Assembly: GCA_946965045.2 (NCBI GenBank)
Contig: OX337236.1
Coordinates: 248,001-312,000 of the forward strand
From: Epithemia pelagica
Lineage: Eukaryota; Protista; Bacillariophyta
Reading direction: 5' to 3'
DNA length: 64,000 nucleotides
This document shows positions 20,662 to 33,803 of the stretch, piece after piece (position 1 is the first letter of the stretch; every line of letters starts with the position of its first letter). The position numbers and the translations under genes were made by a program. The notes beneath the pieces were generated by a model. That model ran no database searches and was not told the origin of the DNA. It worked only from the letters and a program-made list of their open reading frames with translations.

Positions 20662-23600
20662 TCACTTGGAAGTCGATTGAGAGCGAAGAAAAAATTGAAT
20701 CCAGTATGGAATCGGGCCTTGATGGACCATCAATGCGGTTTCGGATCCAGCTATGGGTTCAACGTGAGCGCATGGAAGATCACTGGCAGTGTTTGTGGGA
20801 TCGTCATCGGCCTGAACGTTGGGATCAAGATTGGAGCAATAGACGAGACTGTGACGCTTGAAGTCAGGACCAGACAAATTCTTGGTGAAAAGATCGGCGC
20901 TGTTGTCAGGTGAGTGGACCCATACTGTATGAATGAGTCCTTCTTCCTTCATCTCACGCAAAAAATGCCACTTCACATCAATATGTCGAGTACGACCGCC
21001 CACACTCCATGAGTGTGTCAATGCAAGAGCTCCTTTGCAATCCATGTGTAGAATCATGGGTTTGGCAACGGTAAGTCCCATCTGTTCCAGTACGCGCATT
21101 CCAAACAACATCCTCTGACCTGTTTCAACGGCTGCAACAATTTTGGCTTCACTCACGGATAGAGTCACACAGTCTTGCATACGGCTAGATTCAGAAATGG
21201 GAGCATCTTGCAAGAAAACTGAAATACCAGATACGCTGTGGCGTCGTTCGGGATCCTTGGCGAAATCGGAATCACTGATACCACGGATGACAAAGTCAAA
21301 ACTGTCCTTGCGACCATCCCAACAACCAACCGGACGGAGTGTTTTACTGCGCTCAGAAGTGTCCATACAATACCGCATGACGCGGTACATTGCCTTGAGG
21401 TGGTTCTCCGTTGCTTGTTTCATAAACTTCGACAATTCACGGACGGAGTTCAAAATATCTGGTCGAGTCCATTTCATAAGATGCAATAACTTTCCAACCC
21501 CGCTACGATAGAGAGACTGCTGCTTGGAAGTCAAACTGGGGGATCCATCGTCATTGCGAAGAACTTCTCCAGGTGCTGCAGGAGTTGTATACGGCTGTGA
21601 AGGAATCGGTACGTCAAACTCATCGTGAAAGCTCTTCAACAACACGGGCTGACTCAACTTGCTCTGGCGATTGGTCCGATCGATGTCAATCTTGCACCCA
21701 ATATATTCGGTCATAGGACCACAATCATCACAGTCGAAATGGGCCTTCATTGCTTCTTTGGAATGGTGGACACCGGCTTCAGAGCCACAAATCAAAAAGT
21801 CATCTACTCATGACAGCCAAATCACTAATCCAAACGCAGTCCAGGCGAAATAAAGACAAGGGTCTGCGCGATTGCGAAGAAATCCAATGAGCTGCATCAC
21901 GACCTGAACCTTATTCCAAAAGGCTCGAGCGGCTTGCTTGGTTCCGTAGAGAGTCTTTCCCAGAAACACCAACCAACCGGGCGGATATTTGGATTCCATT
22001 CCTTTCGGAATGGTCATCCACATCTTGCGGTCCTTTTCAAAATCGCCGAGGAGAAAAGCGCCCTTGACGTCCATAATATGGACCACCCAATTCGCAATGA
22101 TGATCAGAACAAGAATGATCATGATGGTCATCTCGGACGCGACAGGAGCAAACGTCGCATGACTGTCATAATGTTCGCCGTCGACCTGTTCATAGCCACG
22201 GGCGTTAAGACGAGCACGAAAAGTGCCGTTCGCCTTCTTCTTCATGGCCCAAACATTACTCAGAATCTTAGCTCCGACAGGGACATCTTCCGGAGCACAC
22301 GGAATAAACACACCGTTATCAATCATGCGCTGATACTCATTTTCAATGGACTCAAGCCATTGGTCACGTTCAGGACCATTGATGGCTTCTTCGTAGGTCA
22401 GGACGTGTAACTCTTTAGTATTCTGAATTCCACCGCCTAGACCTGCACCCACTAGGGCACATTCCTGTGCAAGCGTTGTAGAGTTTGTGCTATATCCTGA
22501 GGCAATACTGTCAATCGGAAAGGTAGGAGCTTGATAGTCGGGATCGACATCAGTAGACAGAAAGGCATCACTGATATCATTGGAGATCAGAGGGGCATCA
22601 TCATGAAATACAGGAGCTCGATACACGTCGGCATGTTGATAGCCTTGTCGAACGTCAGAAGCTGGAGGAGCGAAATCGAAATCGGCATCTTCATGTCCCA
22701 AAGATGACATAGCTTGATAATACCGCACCTCAGCGCTACTCAGTTGCAATCGGCTGAAATCGATGCCAGCACATGCATATTCTTCAATCAGTCGCTTCGG
22801 AGGTCGAACATGTCGTCCTGTGCGAGTGACTTGCTCGCGACGAGGAGTTGCAGACGTCATCACGCTTACATTATCGTCGGCATCGTCGGCTTGATTGATG
22901 GTTTCGACAGTCGGTCGTTCAATCTCCATGGGTGCATTAGATTCGGGCTCGATCTCGTCTGTCTTTGGTTGGGCGTTGTTGTCTTCAAGCATTTCAATAA
23001 ACGGAGCATTGTCATCGATTAATGGTAGGTCTTCATGGTCGGCATAAGTACTGGGGTCAACAACTGGACTAACCATGAGATGGGGCACACTTGGAGGAGG
23101 AACAAAATACATGCGGCGAAGCCAAACCACATCTCGAGTCATATGGACCATTTTGGTGGTTGGATTGAACATTCGATATACATCGCCTGCATGATCCTTA
23201 CAATAGCCCACAAAGAGACAATGGGCTCCACGATCATTCAGCTTCTTTGATGTGTCTGTGGCGATCTTGACAGTTCCGGCCTCTCCCCATGTGCAAAGAT
23301 GATGGGCGAATTTTGGAAGTTGACCACACCAATGTTCATACCGAGTCTGAGAAACACCATTGATCTCAATGACGACGAGTCCATCTAATAAAGTCGCAGT
23401 ATCGAAGGCTGTAGTCCACAATAAATTGCGATATTCCAAAGGCAGGTTAGCTCGATGCATCATAGCTCGTCCACGCATAGCAATGGTAGAGATGCTAACT
23501 TCCGCTAGGAAGTTCTGTTGGGGAGTATTGCGCGCGGTGAACTCGAACTCGATGCCCAATTTCCACGCAGCAGACTGTGCTCGAGACTGTAGAAGAATGT

Positions 23601-25788
23601 TCTCACCGGCATTGTCAAGTCGGACATGTGTCACACCCAATCCATTGGATGCCCATCGTTGAAACAATTCGCAAACGGGTTCAACCATTGCGTTCTTTGA
23701 GGAATGAAAAGATGAGAATTTTAGTTGGGTCTTTCCATGCACTATCATACACCACTGGTATTTCTTGGGGTATGGCATCGATGGCGTACGACGGACAGAA
23801 CTCATGTCAAGATACACACGATTCACGGCAAGATTTTGGCTCGGATCATAATCGTCGTCAAGTTTGGTTTTCGACTTGGATCGAGGAAAGTTCTTTCGAC
23901 GTGCCTTTCCGGCTGCACATGCGGCACATTGGTCCATTGGAGATGAGTCAAGAGTGAATCCAAGATGATCCATGATGGCCTTGAGTTGATGATTGCCGAT
24001 GTGGCCAAGACGGTCATGTGCTTGCTGCTGTGTCATGATGTTGCGTTTTGTTGGGAAGTTGACATTGGGTACCGCGCCGATGATTTCTTGATGTGTCTTG
24101 CTGGTGTCACGACGTAAGTACATGCAGAAAATCATGCCATCTGGAGTGGGAATGACGATATCGAACTCAACATGCATCTGACCTTTGCTGATGACGATTT
24201 TCTCCGATGATCCAGACAGAGACCAACCTTGCTTCAGCATTTTCGATACGCTGAAAAGGTTGAAGGCAGCCGACGGAAGAAGATTCACACCAGTCAGACG
24301 AGCTGGGCCGACTTCGTGGCCATGTTTATCGCAACGAATACCAGGCAAATCACCAATCAACGAAGCAGTTTCGGTTGTATCATTGGCCATCACCAATCCG
24401 ATGGGATCAACAGGTTTGTGGAGGTTGATCATCCCTTGTGCATGGGATGTCATGTGTTGGGTTGCGCCAGTATCAGCGATCCAAATATTCGGATCACGCA
24501 AGATCTGAATGTCGGAAGGGAACTCGATTCCGCTCAAAAGCGCTTCAACATGAGTGCCTTGGGAAGGATTAGCAGTCGTGGCGCTATTGGTGTTCACAGG
24601 AGGACCGGTCAAATTTGATGCAACAACAGTGGCAATGTCTTGTGTTCCATTGGGAATTGGAGTCTGTTGTGGTGGTGGTTCTTGTGGAGCTTGTTGTTGT
24701 TGACGGCGACTTGTCCAGTTCGGCGGACGCAGATGTGCATTCTTGGGGTTCTCCCAGCATCGATGTGTCGAATGTCCATACACTTTACAATCCTCACAAT
24801 ATGGTCTTGGGCGATTGGGATCGTATGGGCGTTGTTGATACTGTCCTGGAGTGTTTGGTCGATATGCTTGATGCTGAGGAGGTCCATTGTTTGGAGCTTG
24901 GTATTGTCCAGCGACCAATGCTGTACCTTGATGGGCTTGATTGAGGCGCAAAGGACATTGGTAGTATCCATGGCCTGGCTCTTGGCAGAAGTTACAAATC
25001 ACATAAGGACTGGAGACCTCGGAGTTAGTGCTTCCAACGGCTTGACAAATGGGAGCATTCTTGACGACTTGAGTGGCTTGAAGTGACAATCCACCACTGT
25101 CAAGACTCGATTCCGTTCCGTCTTCGCCATCGTCATCTTCGTCATGGTGGAGATTCCATTGTGTCATCATGGCGTCGATCAGATCATCGGCCGTTACTTG
25201 ACTTCCTTTGGCTCGTTGTTCGGCGGCTACGATGGTGTTGTATACTGGAGCAGCTTTCTCGATCACAATGGCGACAAGATCGTCGTCACCCAACTCGTGG
25301 TTGTGTCGATTCTCAATCTGGGAGATCTTCTTGCGGAGAATCTTGGGATTCATGGTATCAGTCATGTTGATTTTGTTGATATCTTGTCGGATTCGTGTCT
25401 TGGCCGCAATGTTTTCGCTTGTATAATTTCGATTCAACCCCTTGATGATGATATGAGCTTGTCCACCCGGCCAATCAGCTGTGATGGACTTCATGACGAG
25501 CTTGAGATCGTCATCTGCTTGGAGAGCCATGCTGAGACAGGATACCGCCATTGTATTCCGGTGTAGAGCCTTCTTCTGCTTCTTTCCGGAGTCTGTTGAT
25601 TCGTCGATCACAGCATCTTCTGTTCCCGGCAAATCGGGATCAGGTTGTTCTGAGAGAGCTTGTATGAAATTGTATACTCGGGCATGAGAACGGAATCTCA
25701 TCCACCAGATCGGATAGTCCGACTTCTTCCCGGAGAAAGTTGGTACCTTGACCGCTGTTGCTGACTTGTCATTGCTTGTAGTATCCAT
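20662..25788 (-). pseudogene. Copia gag-pol polyprotein with one in-frame TGA at 21808-21810
   Basis: Two CX2CX4HX4C knuckles, protease WIADTGATQHM, HDRLGH...CAAC, integrase D..D..E, RT MDVKGAFL / LYGTKQA / (W)VDD, RNase H SDSDFA...ADLFTK. ORFs 21808-25788 and 20662-21795 share one frame. Confidence 0.95.
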
Positions 25789-26013
25789 GATGATGATTTT
25801 GATGATAGATGAATGGAGTTAGACGAGTTTGGCAAACAACAACACACGATCAACGATTCCAAACCTTTGCGGTAATGGTCGTTCTGTCCCGATTTCAATG
25901 TAACAATCCAACGATTTGACTCAGTTCTTCGATTCTTCTTGTTCCCGTAAGGCTTGATTCTCTTTCTTTTGCATCTGAGGGACCAACAAAGCAATCACCG
26001 ATACTAGCTAGTA

Positions 26014-26305
26014 TGTTGGATCACTAGATTGGCCCAAATGGACTCTTCCGTGCACAGAAGCAATAGAGATGTAAATGTAGACGAATTGCTTTTCAAAATG
26101 ATCGATCTAGAAAGAGTGAATGTTACGACTAGAGTGTTGTCCAAGATGGGAGTTGTTGTTGTGCCAGTTGAGAGTTGAGATCGAAATCATCCAAGATCTA
26201 GGTGTTCTATAACCGCCTCCCATACGGTTTCTATCCCAAGGATTTGGATGTGCGACCACTACGGGATCACGACATGAAGAGCGACTCAATTCTTTGATTC
26301 CGACA
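26014..26305 (-). repeat. 5' LTR of copia element (292 bp)
   Basis: TGTTGG...CCGACA; carries an AGTTGAG duplication absent from the other LTR. Confidence 0.97.
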
Positions 26306-26758
26306 ACATCATGTCCATTCGGACTACCATCTGTACTTTTTAGCATGCTTTTCTCAACTGCGATCTCTCAATCCCCTCTTCATTCCTCCATTAGATGCTC
26401 CTACGATACTGGACTGATTCATTTTACCACACCATCACTGATCATGGATTATACCACAATGGTCAGTCCCTTCGGTTTCAGATTTCAGAACCATGTATCA
26501 ATTCCGGTGGATCAAGTCGTCATTTCATGGAGGGACCGCCCGGCGCGATGAGGAGAATGACGAGGAGGGCAATGGTCGAGGAGGGCGCATGCCGGACAAG
26601 ACACTTGCCCTCCCGAAAGGCTGGGCGCGCGCGACGCGAAAGGACTGCGTCCAGCATTTTTTTCGCGACCGTCATTGCTTCCATGAGCACAAAAAGGTTG
26701 CCAAAGGAGACCAACGAGATCCAGATACAGTCATCATTGACACAAACAATAGTTGATC

Positions 26759-29204
26759 ATGTCAAGCAAAAGGGGAGGTTCGAAGCAATCGTCGTCCAAG
26801 AATAACAAGAAAAAGAATCCTGCAGCCACCAACAACGGCGAGGTGCAGATTCAAAAATCGCCGGCTGAATTCTTTGCCGAACATCAAGCCATTGCCGGCT
26901 TTGACAATGCCGGCAAATCGCTCTTTACCAGTTTGCGCGAATTGGTCGAAAATGGCTTGGATGCGGCCGAATCCATTGCCGAATTGCCCCAGATTGACAT
27001 AGAATTGCGCGAATATACCCAGGCCGAATTCAATCGCCTCCGTGGCGATTCCCCCGCCAAACAAGTCAATCCGGACCTGTACGTTGTCAAGGCCAAAAAG
27101 ACTGCTGCCACCAAAAAGCTCAAGGAAGGCACTACGACGACAACTGCCAAGGAGGATCCAAAGAAGAAAAAGACGGCAAAACAGAACAAGAGCACCAAAC
27201 CAAATGGCAACGAGTCGGACAATGACGACGACGACGACGAAGAGGAGTACCAGGATCCTGCTTCCACTACCACCAAAGCAGTCTGCACTCCCGGAGCCGA
27301 CGAACCAAACGACACCACCACCAAAAACAACAACAACAATACCAAGGATGGCAAAAAGGCGGTCCGCCGCAAGGCTCCGCAAGAAGCCTATTTTTCCTTA
27401 TCGGTCCAAGACAATGGCTGCGGCATGTCCCACGATGCCATTCCCCAGTTGCTGGGCCGCGTCTTGTCGGGGAGTAAATATGGCGTGCGTCAAACGCGTG
27501 GTAAATTTGGATTGGGATCCAAAATGGCCTTGATTTGGAGCAAAAAAAGTACCGGCATGCCGATTCACGTCACGAGCAGTCATCGACCCAACGGGGGACC
27601 CCCGGCCGCGACCTGGTCCTATTGTCAACTCGATATGGACATTCATCACAATGAACCCCGTATTTTGGAACACACGCAACATGACAATACTTGCCCCGAA
27701 ACGACGCCGTGGGTCGGCACACGGGTGCAACTCATGATTGCCGGCAATTGGACGACGTACAAATCACGCATTTTGCATTATTTGCAACAATTGGCCATTA
27801 TTACGCCCTACGCGCAAATACGATTTTGCTATTCCAATGCGTCCGATCCCAAACGTCAAGATGTCACGGTCCGCTACGAACGACGATCGGAACAAATGCC
27901 TCCCCCGGCCCAACAAGTCAAGCATCATCCTGCCTCGGTCAATAATTTAATTGTCCAACAATTGCTCCAACAAACCAAGACCAAGACACTGCACAAATTC
28001 TTGTCGACGGAATTGGCCGCCGTCAGTCCGGCCATGGCGCACAAACTCGTGGCCGAAGTCAATGTGTCGCCGGACTTGAAACCACTCGAGTTGGTGGACA
28101 AGAAAATTACTCGCTTGGTCCAAGTCTTGAGATCGGTTCAATTCAAAAATCCGGATGGGTCTTGTTTGTCCCCCTTGGGCGAATACAATTTGAATTTGGG
28201 CATTCGCAAAGTCTTGGAACCGGACACGGTCGCCACGGCCCGCGATCGTCCCAGCGCCTACGAAGGACATCCCTTTGTCGTGGAGGCCGCCGTCAGTTTG
28301 GGTGGCCCGCACGTCAAGGAAGGCATTACCGTCATTCGCTTTGCCAATCGAATTCCTCTCTTGTTTGAAGGCGGCGCCGATGTTGCCACCCGGGTCGCCC
28401 ATACCAAACTCAAGTGGACGCAGTACAAAATGGATCCCAAACGAGACAAGATTGGAGTCTTTGTCTCCATTGTCAGTACCAAAATTCCCTTCAAGGGAAC
28501 CTCCAAGGAATATATTGGAGACGATGCCACGGAAATTCAACAATCTGTCAAACGAGCCTTGCAAGCCTGCTGTAAGAAAAACTTGTTGTAGAGTTGTGCG
28601 TGTACATGGATATTGCTTTGTGTTTTCTCACCAAGTGTTGTTGTTGTTGTTGGTATTTGTCGTGATACCATCCTTGTCGTCTTGGATTGTCACAGGTCAA
28701 CAGCTTCGAGTCCACTTGACGAAACGCAATGCCATGAAAGATGCCAAGGAACGCAAGTCCAAGTTGGCCAAATACATTCCCAACATTAGTCAATCTCTCA
28801 TGGGAATTCTCAATGGAATGAAAAATGGGTGGACCGAACCAGTTGACGACAAACAAGAAGAAGAAGAGACCTCTCCCGCAGAACCTCCTTGCAAACGGCC
28901 CCGTTTGGACCTAGTACAGACCCGCGCGCTCTTGGATCAAGTGGACCGGAAGGAGATTACCCAAACGACAATTGAACAACGGTTGCGCAAGGCCATTGAA
29001 GGAAGTGGAATGGATGGAACAAGTGACGATCCGGCTCATTTGCTTCCAGCCGCAGACTGTCGCAAACCCTTGCTGTCCTTGGTCCCCCTTTACAACATGG
29101 AGGATCCCACGCATGATATTTATCATGCCCTCTTTCGATTCCGACCCATTAAACCAGTCTTGGATCTTACCACGGCATCAGGTCCGGATCCGCAAGAGGG
29201 GTAG
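26759..29204 (+). CDS. TOP6B: DNA topoisomerase VI subunit B; exons 26759-28571 and 28696-29204
   Basis: QKSPAEFF, ELVENGLDA, DNGCGM, GKFGLG (GHKL ATPase), RFANRIPLLF. GT-AG intron restores ACCQQLRVHL. Confidence 0.95.
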
Positions 29205-29540
29205 GATTCACTCCATTGATTGTACCGTTGGAAACGATCCTGGCCTACTATATGAAGAGGCGAATCGCAGAGCGCTGTGGTTGTGCGTTCCAAGAGAAAT
29301 GTGCATGTGCCCGATGGACCGCTCGACGTTATTGTTCGGATTTCTTCATCTCCAGATGCACGAACTCGTACATAAGTTGCACCTTCCCGTCCGGAAGGAT
29401 GATCCAACGAACCATTGACAAACCAAACGGTATTCTCCTGGGTTTCATCCGTGAAAGGATGCAGATGGAAGTTGCCGGTTCCATTTGCATTCTTTTGCTT
29501 ATGACACCAGGAGAATAGACTCACTCTCTCGTTAATTTGA

Positions 29541-29950
29541 GAGGATATGGAGCTTGATCCATGGATCACGGATGCGATCGAATAAAGAGAGATTCCCATA
29601 CTGCCGAACATTCCGTTTTCATATTGGTTGATTCGGTCGACAAGATACACACCAGATCAAGACAACCATACAAAATCGACCATGCACCAAGACCATCGAG
29701 GGCAATCTCAACAACGTCGAATGAGAACCACGACGGCGACGTAGAAGCAGACATGGGACATCACGCCACCCGCTCGACGACGTTATCATCACTGAAATTA
29801 TCCCCCAAGAGTGAGCAACTATGATATCAACTATTCACCTCCGCCACGAGATTTTCCAACAAACCACATCAATGCAACGAGGGACGACCTTGCCGACGGC
29901 AACCAAAGAGCGGTAGAGAACAATGAACCAAGCGACACCACTGTCCCAGC
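29541..29950 (+). pseudogene. Degenerate tandem copy of the 5' end of the downstream LRR gene
   Basis: Collinear similarity to 30304-30610 (AGGATATGGAGCT, GGATGCGATCGAATA, ACGTCGAATGAGAAC, CAAGCGAC); frameshifts and stops. Confidence 0.65.
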
Positions 29951-30309
29951 GTTGTTTCCCATGGAGTGTACAGTACGTTCCGAAGCATTTCCGAAACCAC
30001 CATGCCATCTAACGGAACGCCGAAAAGCCCAGCAGAACTGTCTGTATTGCATATTGTGACCGACTGCGCGACTGCGCTGTCCGTAGGCTCCCCCGGCGCG
30101 TAGGCGTGCTCGCTTGATCGTCGCGAGCCGATCTTCCGGATGCTGTTCGTGCCCAACCAAAAATCAAGGAGTCGATAGAATGATCCGGAAGAAACCTTGA
30201 TCCAAGAACAATCGACGACCGAAACGGAAGTAGTGGAGGGTCCATTTGCACCCTGCCTTTGATGAAACCATTGAGTAAATACTTACTTTCTCGTCATTCG
30301 AAAGAGGAT

Positions 30310-33300
30310 ATGGAGCTCATTCCAGGTCATGGATGCGATCGAATAGAGAGTCCTTCCTCTTGTGTCTTTGATCAAGTCGATCCAGTCGACACGACAGAAA
30401 ATCAGCAAATTCCCATTGCCATAAAAAGTCGACATTGCATTAAAACACAATCGATTGAGAGAAATGGCACCCACGTCGAATGAGAACACCAGTATTTCCG
30501 CCGAGGCAGACGTTGGAGAACACGAGCACGACACCCGCTCCGCGACGCCCAACAGCCAAAGAGCCGGAGGGGAAAATGGAGCAAGCGACTCTCCAGTACC
30601 CTCGGAAGCGTTGCCGCAGCCACAAGAAGCCCGGCCAGCGAGGAGCATTAGAGCCTCAGAGCCTCCCAATGTGGCAACGACGTACCGGACCACACAACAA
30701 CACAAGAAGAACCTCAACCACAAAACCAAGCGCCCATCATTGTTGTCACGGCGGAAATTAGTCCAAGCTGGAGCCATTGCCGTGGAACCGACACGGTCTC
30801 CAAACCCTACCAATATCAACAACAACAACAACAAGACAACAGATGTACTGGTTGACGAACCAACCGGTCCCCGTGTGGTAAAATTGAACAGCGACAAGAC
30901 TACAGCGTCAACAAAAACAGGGTTGTTTCCGGCCCCTCTTGCTTCGCCTCGCCGTGTTTCCCGTTCCTCGAACACCTCCACAACAACGTTGGTAACAGAG
31001 CCACCGCAGCCGGTGACTACTACTTTGACAGGGATCACAAAGCTCACGGTTGACAAACCATCCATTGGCCCATATTCTTCGGCATCCACTTATGCGTCCA
31101 CCGGAACAGTCCATCCATGGCTCGAGCACTGATGACGACAAGGATGATCCAGCTCAAGACCAGGAACAACCGTCCTCGTCGTCGACGCCATCTGCAGAGC
31201 ACGAATTGATTCGAGTACCGAGATATCCCACAACGACGGATCCTTATTCCTCTGAATTTCTTGTCAACGCTACATTGGTTGTGGACGACAACGAGGATTC
31301 AAACCGGAACATCAGTAACCCTGTCCAAGAGCCATTACGACAAGAGGGTCAAGGAGAAGTTACGTCCAATCCTCTTTTACCAAATCGGGTGGTGACAACG
31401 GCTAACACCACCTTGTTGGTAGAGGCGCGACCCTTGGACGAAGACAAGGAACAGGAAGAACGACAACGACAACGGGTACGATTCCTGACATGTATCAGCC
31501 TTGTCATGTTTCTCGTGGTGGTGGGAGTTGTAGTCACCATTGTGGTAGTTGTCACGTCCAACAACAATCGTGGTGGTGAGAATGCGGTTGGTGTGGACAA
31601 TCCCCTGGATCAAAACGACGATAAACTTTCACCGTCGCAGCCACCTTCGCCAGCTCCCACACGCTCTGAAACCACCCATTCTCCTAGTCCAGTTCCTTCC
31701 TGGACTCCCAGCAGCTTACCAAGCGCTGTTCCTTCGTCCGAGCCAACCGTCGCCTGTCCCAAACCCCATATCTGTTCTAGTGCGGATGGTGTTTGTGGCA
31801 ATTGCCTCGTGGAACGTGATGGCCAATCGGGCTGCAACTGTCCCATTTGCCAGTGTCTGGTTTGTGAACAAGATTCCGTCTGTTGCAGCTTTACGTGGGA
31901 CGACGTTTGTGTCGAATTGGCTCGAGACCTTTGTATTTGCGAAACCACACCGACGGAACCTCCCACCTTGTTTCCCACGTTTCGGCCCACCATTACCGCT
32001 GCTCCTTCTGTCAGTCCAGCCCCCACATTATATCCAACCATCTCCTCGGTACCCACCCAGTCTCCCTCAAATCGAATCCAATTTCCCGTGGAATTGATTC
32101 TGGCCTCGGACTATGCCATTCAAGGAGGGAAGGAGTTTGGAACGGACGAAGATACCTACCATATGAGAGCCCTCCGGTTTGTAGAAAACTCATCGGCTGA
32201 TATGGAACCATGGAGAATTGGACAACGCTATGTTCTGGCTTGTATCTATTATGCTACCAATGGCATTGCCCGACCTGGATCCTTTGTGATACTCGACTGG
32301 TTTAACCACTGGCTTTTGGAAGACAATGAATGCGAATGGTTTGGAGTTGTGTGTGAGTCCGAGTTTCCAGATCCGAAAAACACCGGCTCCACGTATGGTA
32401 ATGTGACTGAAATTGATTTGACCAGCAATATGTTGTCTGGAACGTTTCCCATTGAAGTGATTATTCTTCAAGATTCCCTACAAGTTTTGATTTTGAATGG
32501 AAATTTCGTGACCAATGTCGGTTTCACCCATGTCGCATGGTTGGGAGAATTGACCCAACTGCGCGTCTTGGAACTTGGCAAGACGGGGTTTGAATACGAC
32601 GGTTTGCCACCACAGCTGGGGGGACTCACCCAGCTGGAACGGCTCGATGTCAAGGGCACCAACTTTGTGGGACCCTTGAACGCCTCCATCTTTGATAACA
32701 TGAGCCAACTGCAACATTTGGATCTCAGCAGTCTTGAATTCAACAGTTCGCTTCCCGAAAACCTCAAAAATCTACCCGAGCTGCAGTATCTGGACTTGAC
32801 GGGTTCCTCCTTTACCGGGGACCTCAACACATTCTTTGGAGAAAGCGGGACCTTTCCCAAGATCAAGACCTTGGTACTGGATGTCAATCCTGACATTGGT
32901 GGTACCATTCCTACATCCATCTCGACAGTAACGACCTTGGAAACGCTGGGTATCTTGGATTGTGGCTTGACGGGGCCGTTGGACAGTTTTTGGGTGAGTG
33001 CTACCAATTTTGCATTCATTCAACGGATTCGGCTTTCCTACAATCCCAAGATTGGTGGTACACTGTCCACAGTCGTTGGATCCCTGCCCACGTTGGAGAT
33101 GTTGGACTTGGACAATTGCGGCCTCACGGGTACGATTCCAACCGAGCTGAGGAACTTGTCCAATCTCCAGATTTTGGTACTGCATACAAACGGGTTCCAC
33201 CAAGCCATCCCGACAGAATTGGGTGATATTCCGGGCTTGTCCTGGCTCCAATTGCACAGCAATGATTTGACGGGCAGTATGCCCGAATCCATTTGTAGCA

Positions 33301-33422
33301 ATCGAGTTTTGGGTAATTTGGGAACGTTGAGTGCCGATTGCGACGTCGATCTGCTGGATGGAGGGACGCAAATCACGTGTGATACCAAGACTTGTTGTAC
33401 CTGTTGTGGTTCAAACTGTTGA
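30310..33422 (+). CDS. Single-pass LRR receptor-like protein; main ORF 31050-33422, upstream coding segments in other frames (30310-30483, 30455-31132)
   Basis: TM helix (FLTCISLVMFLVVVGVVVTIVVVV), P/S/T stalk, Cys-rich module, QRYVLA...ECEWFGVVC cap, about 12 plant-type LRRs (LxxNxLxGxIPxE), C-terminal CTCC. Apparent frameshifts near 30455 and 31110. Confidence 0.8.
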
Positions 33423-33803
33423 ACACTTTGGTAATCTTGCATAGTCGCCCACTTTTAGTTATGTTTGCGTGGTTCCACCAGGAGCATTTTGATAGAGCCC
33501 GAGATCATCTACTCCTAAGATGGAACCCCACCTTTCTGTCCTTTATAGATAGCTTGCATAGCTTGCCGTAACAGAATTAGTCGTGGTTGAGTCGATCACC
33601 AGTACTTACGCACTCATCGGCGGCATCAACGACCCACAGAAGACGACCATGGGGAATGGGATGCACCCAAGCCCGGTTCGGTATCGTTTACGACTGCCAT
33701 TTCATCTGCATCTACTTGTTGAAACTTGTTGAAAAAGTATCCAGGACAATTCGCTGCCCATTGAGATCAATCCACATCATATTAGATTCGACCGACCACT
33801 AAG

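Larger units (their letters stand above)
20086..26305 (-). mobile_element. Full-length Ty1/copia LTR retrotransposon (6220 bp), defective
   Basis: TG...CA LTRs, 5-bp TSD ACATC (20081-20085 and 26306-26310), domain order gag-PR-IN-RT-RH, purine tract AGGCAGGG next to the 3' LTR. Confidence 0.97.

Noticed and set aside
29123-29650. 175-aa minus and 100-aa plus ORFs after TOP6B
   Set aside because: Overlap the TOP6B 3' end and the LRR relic; no domain recognised
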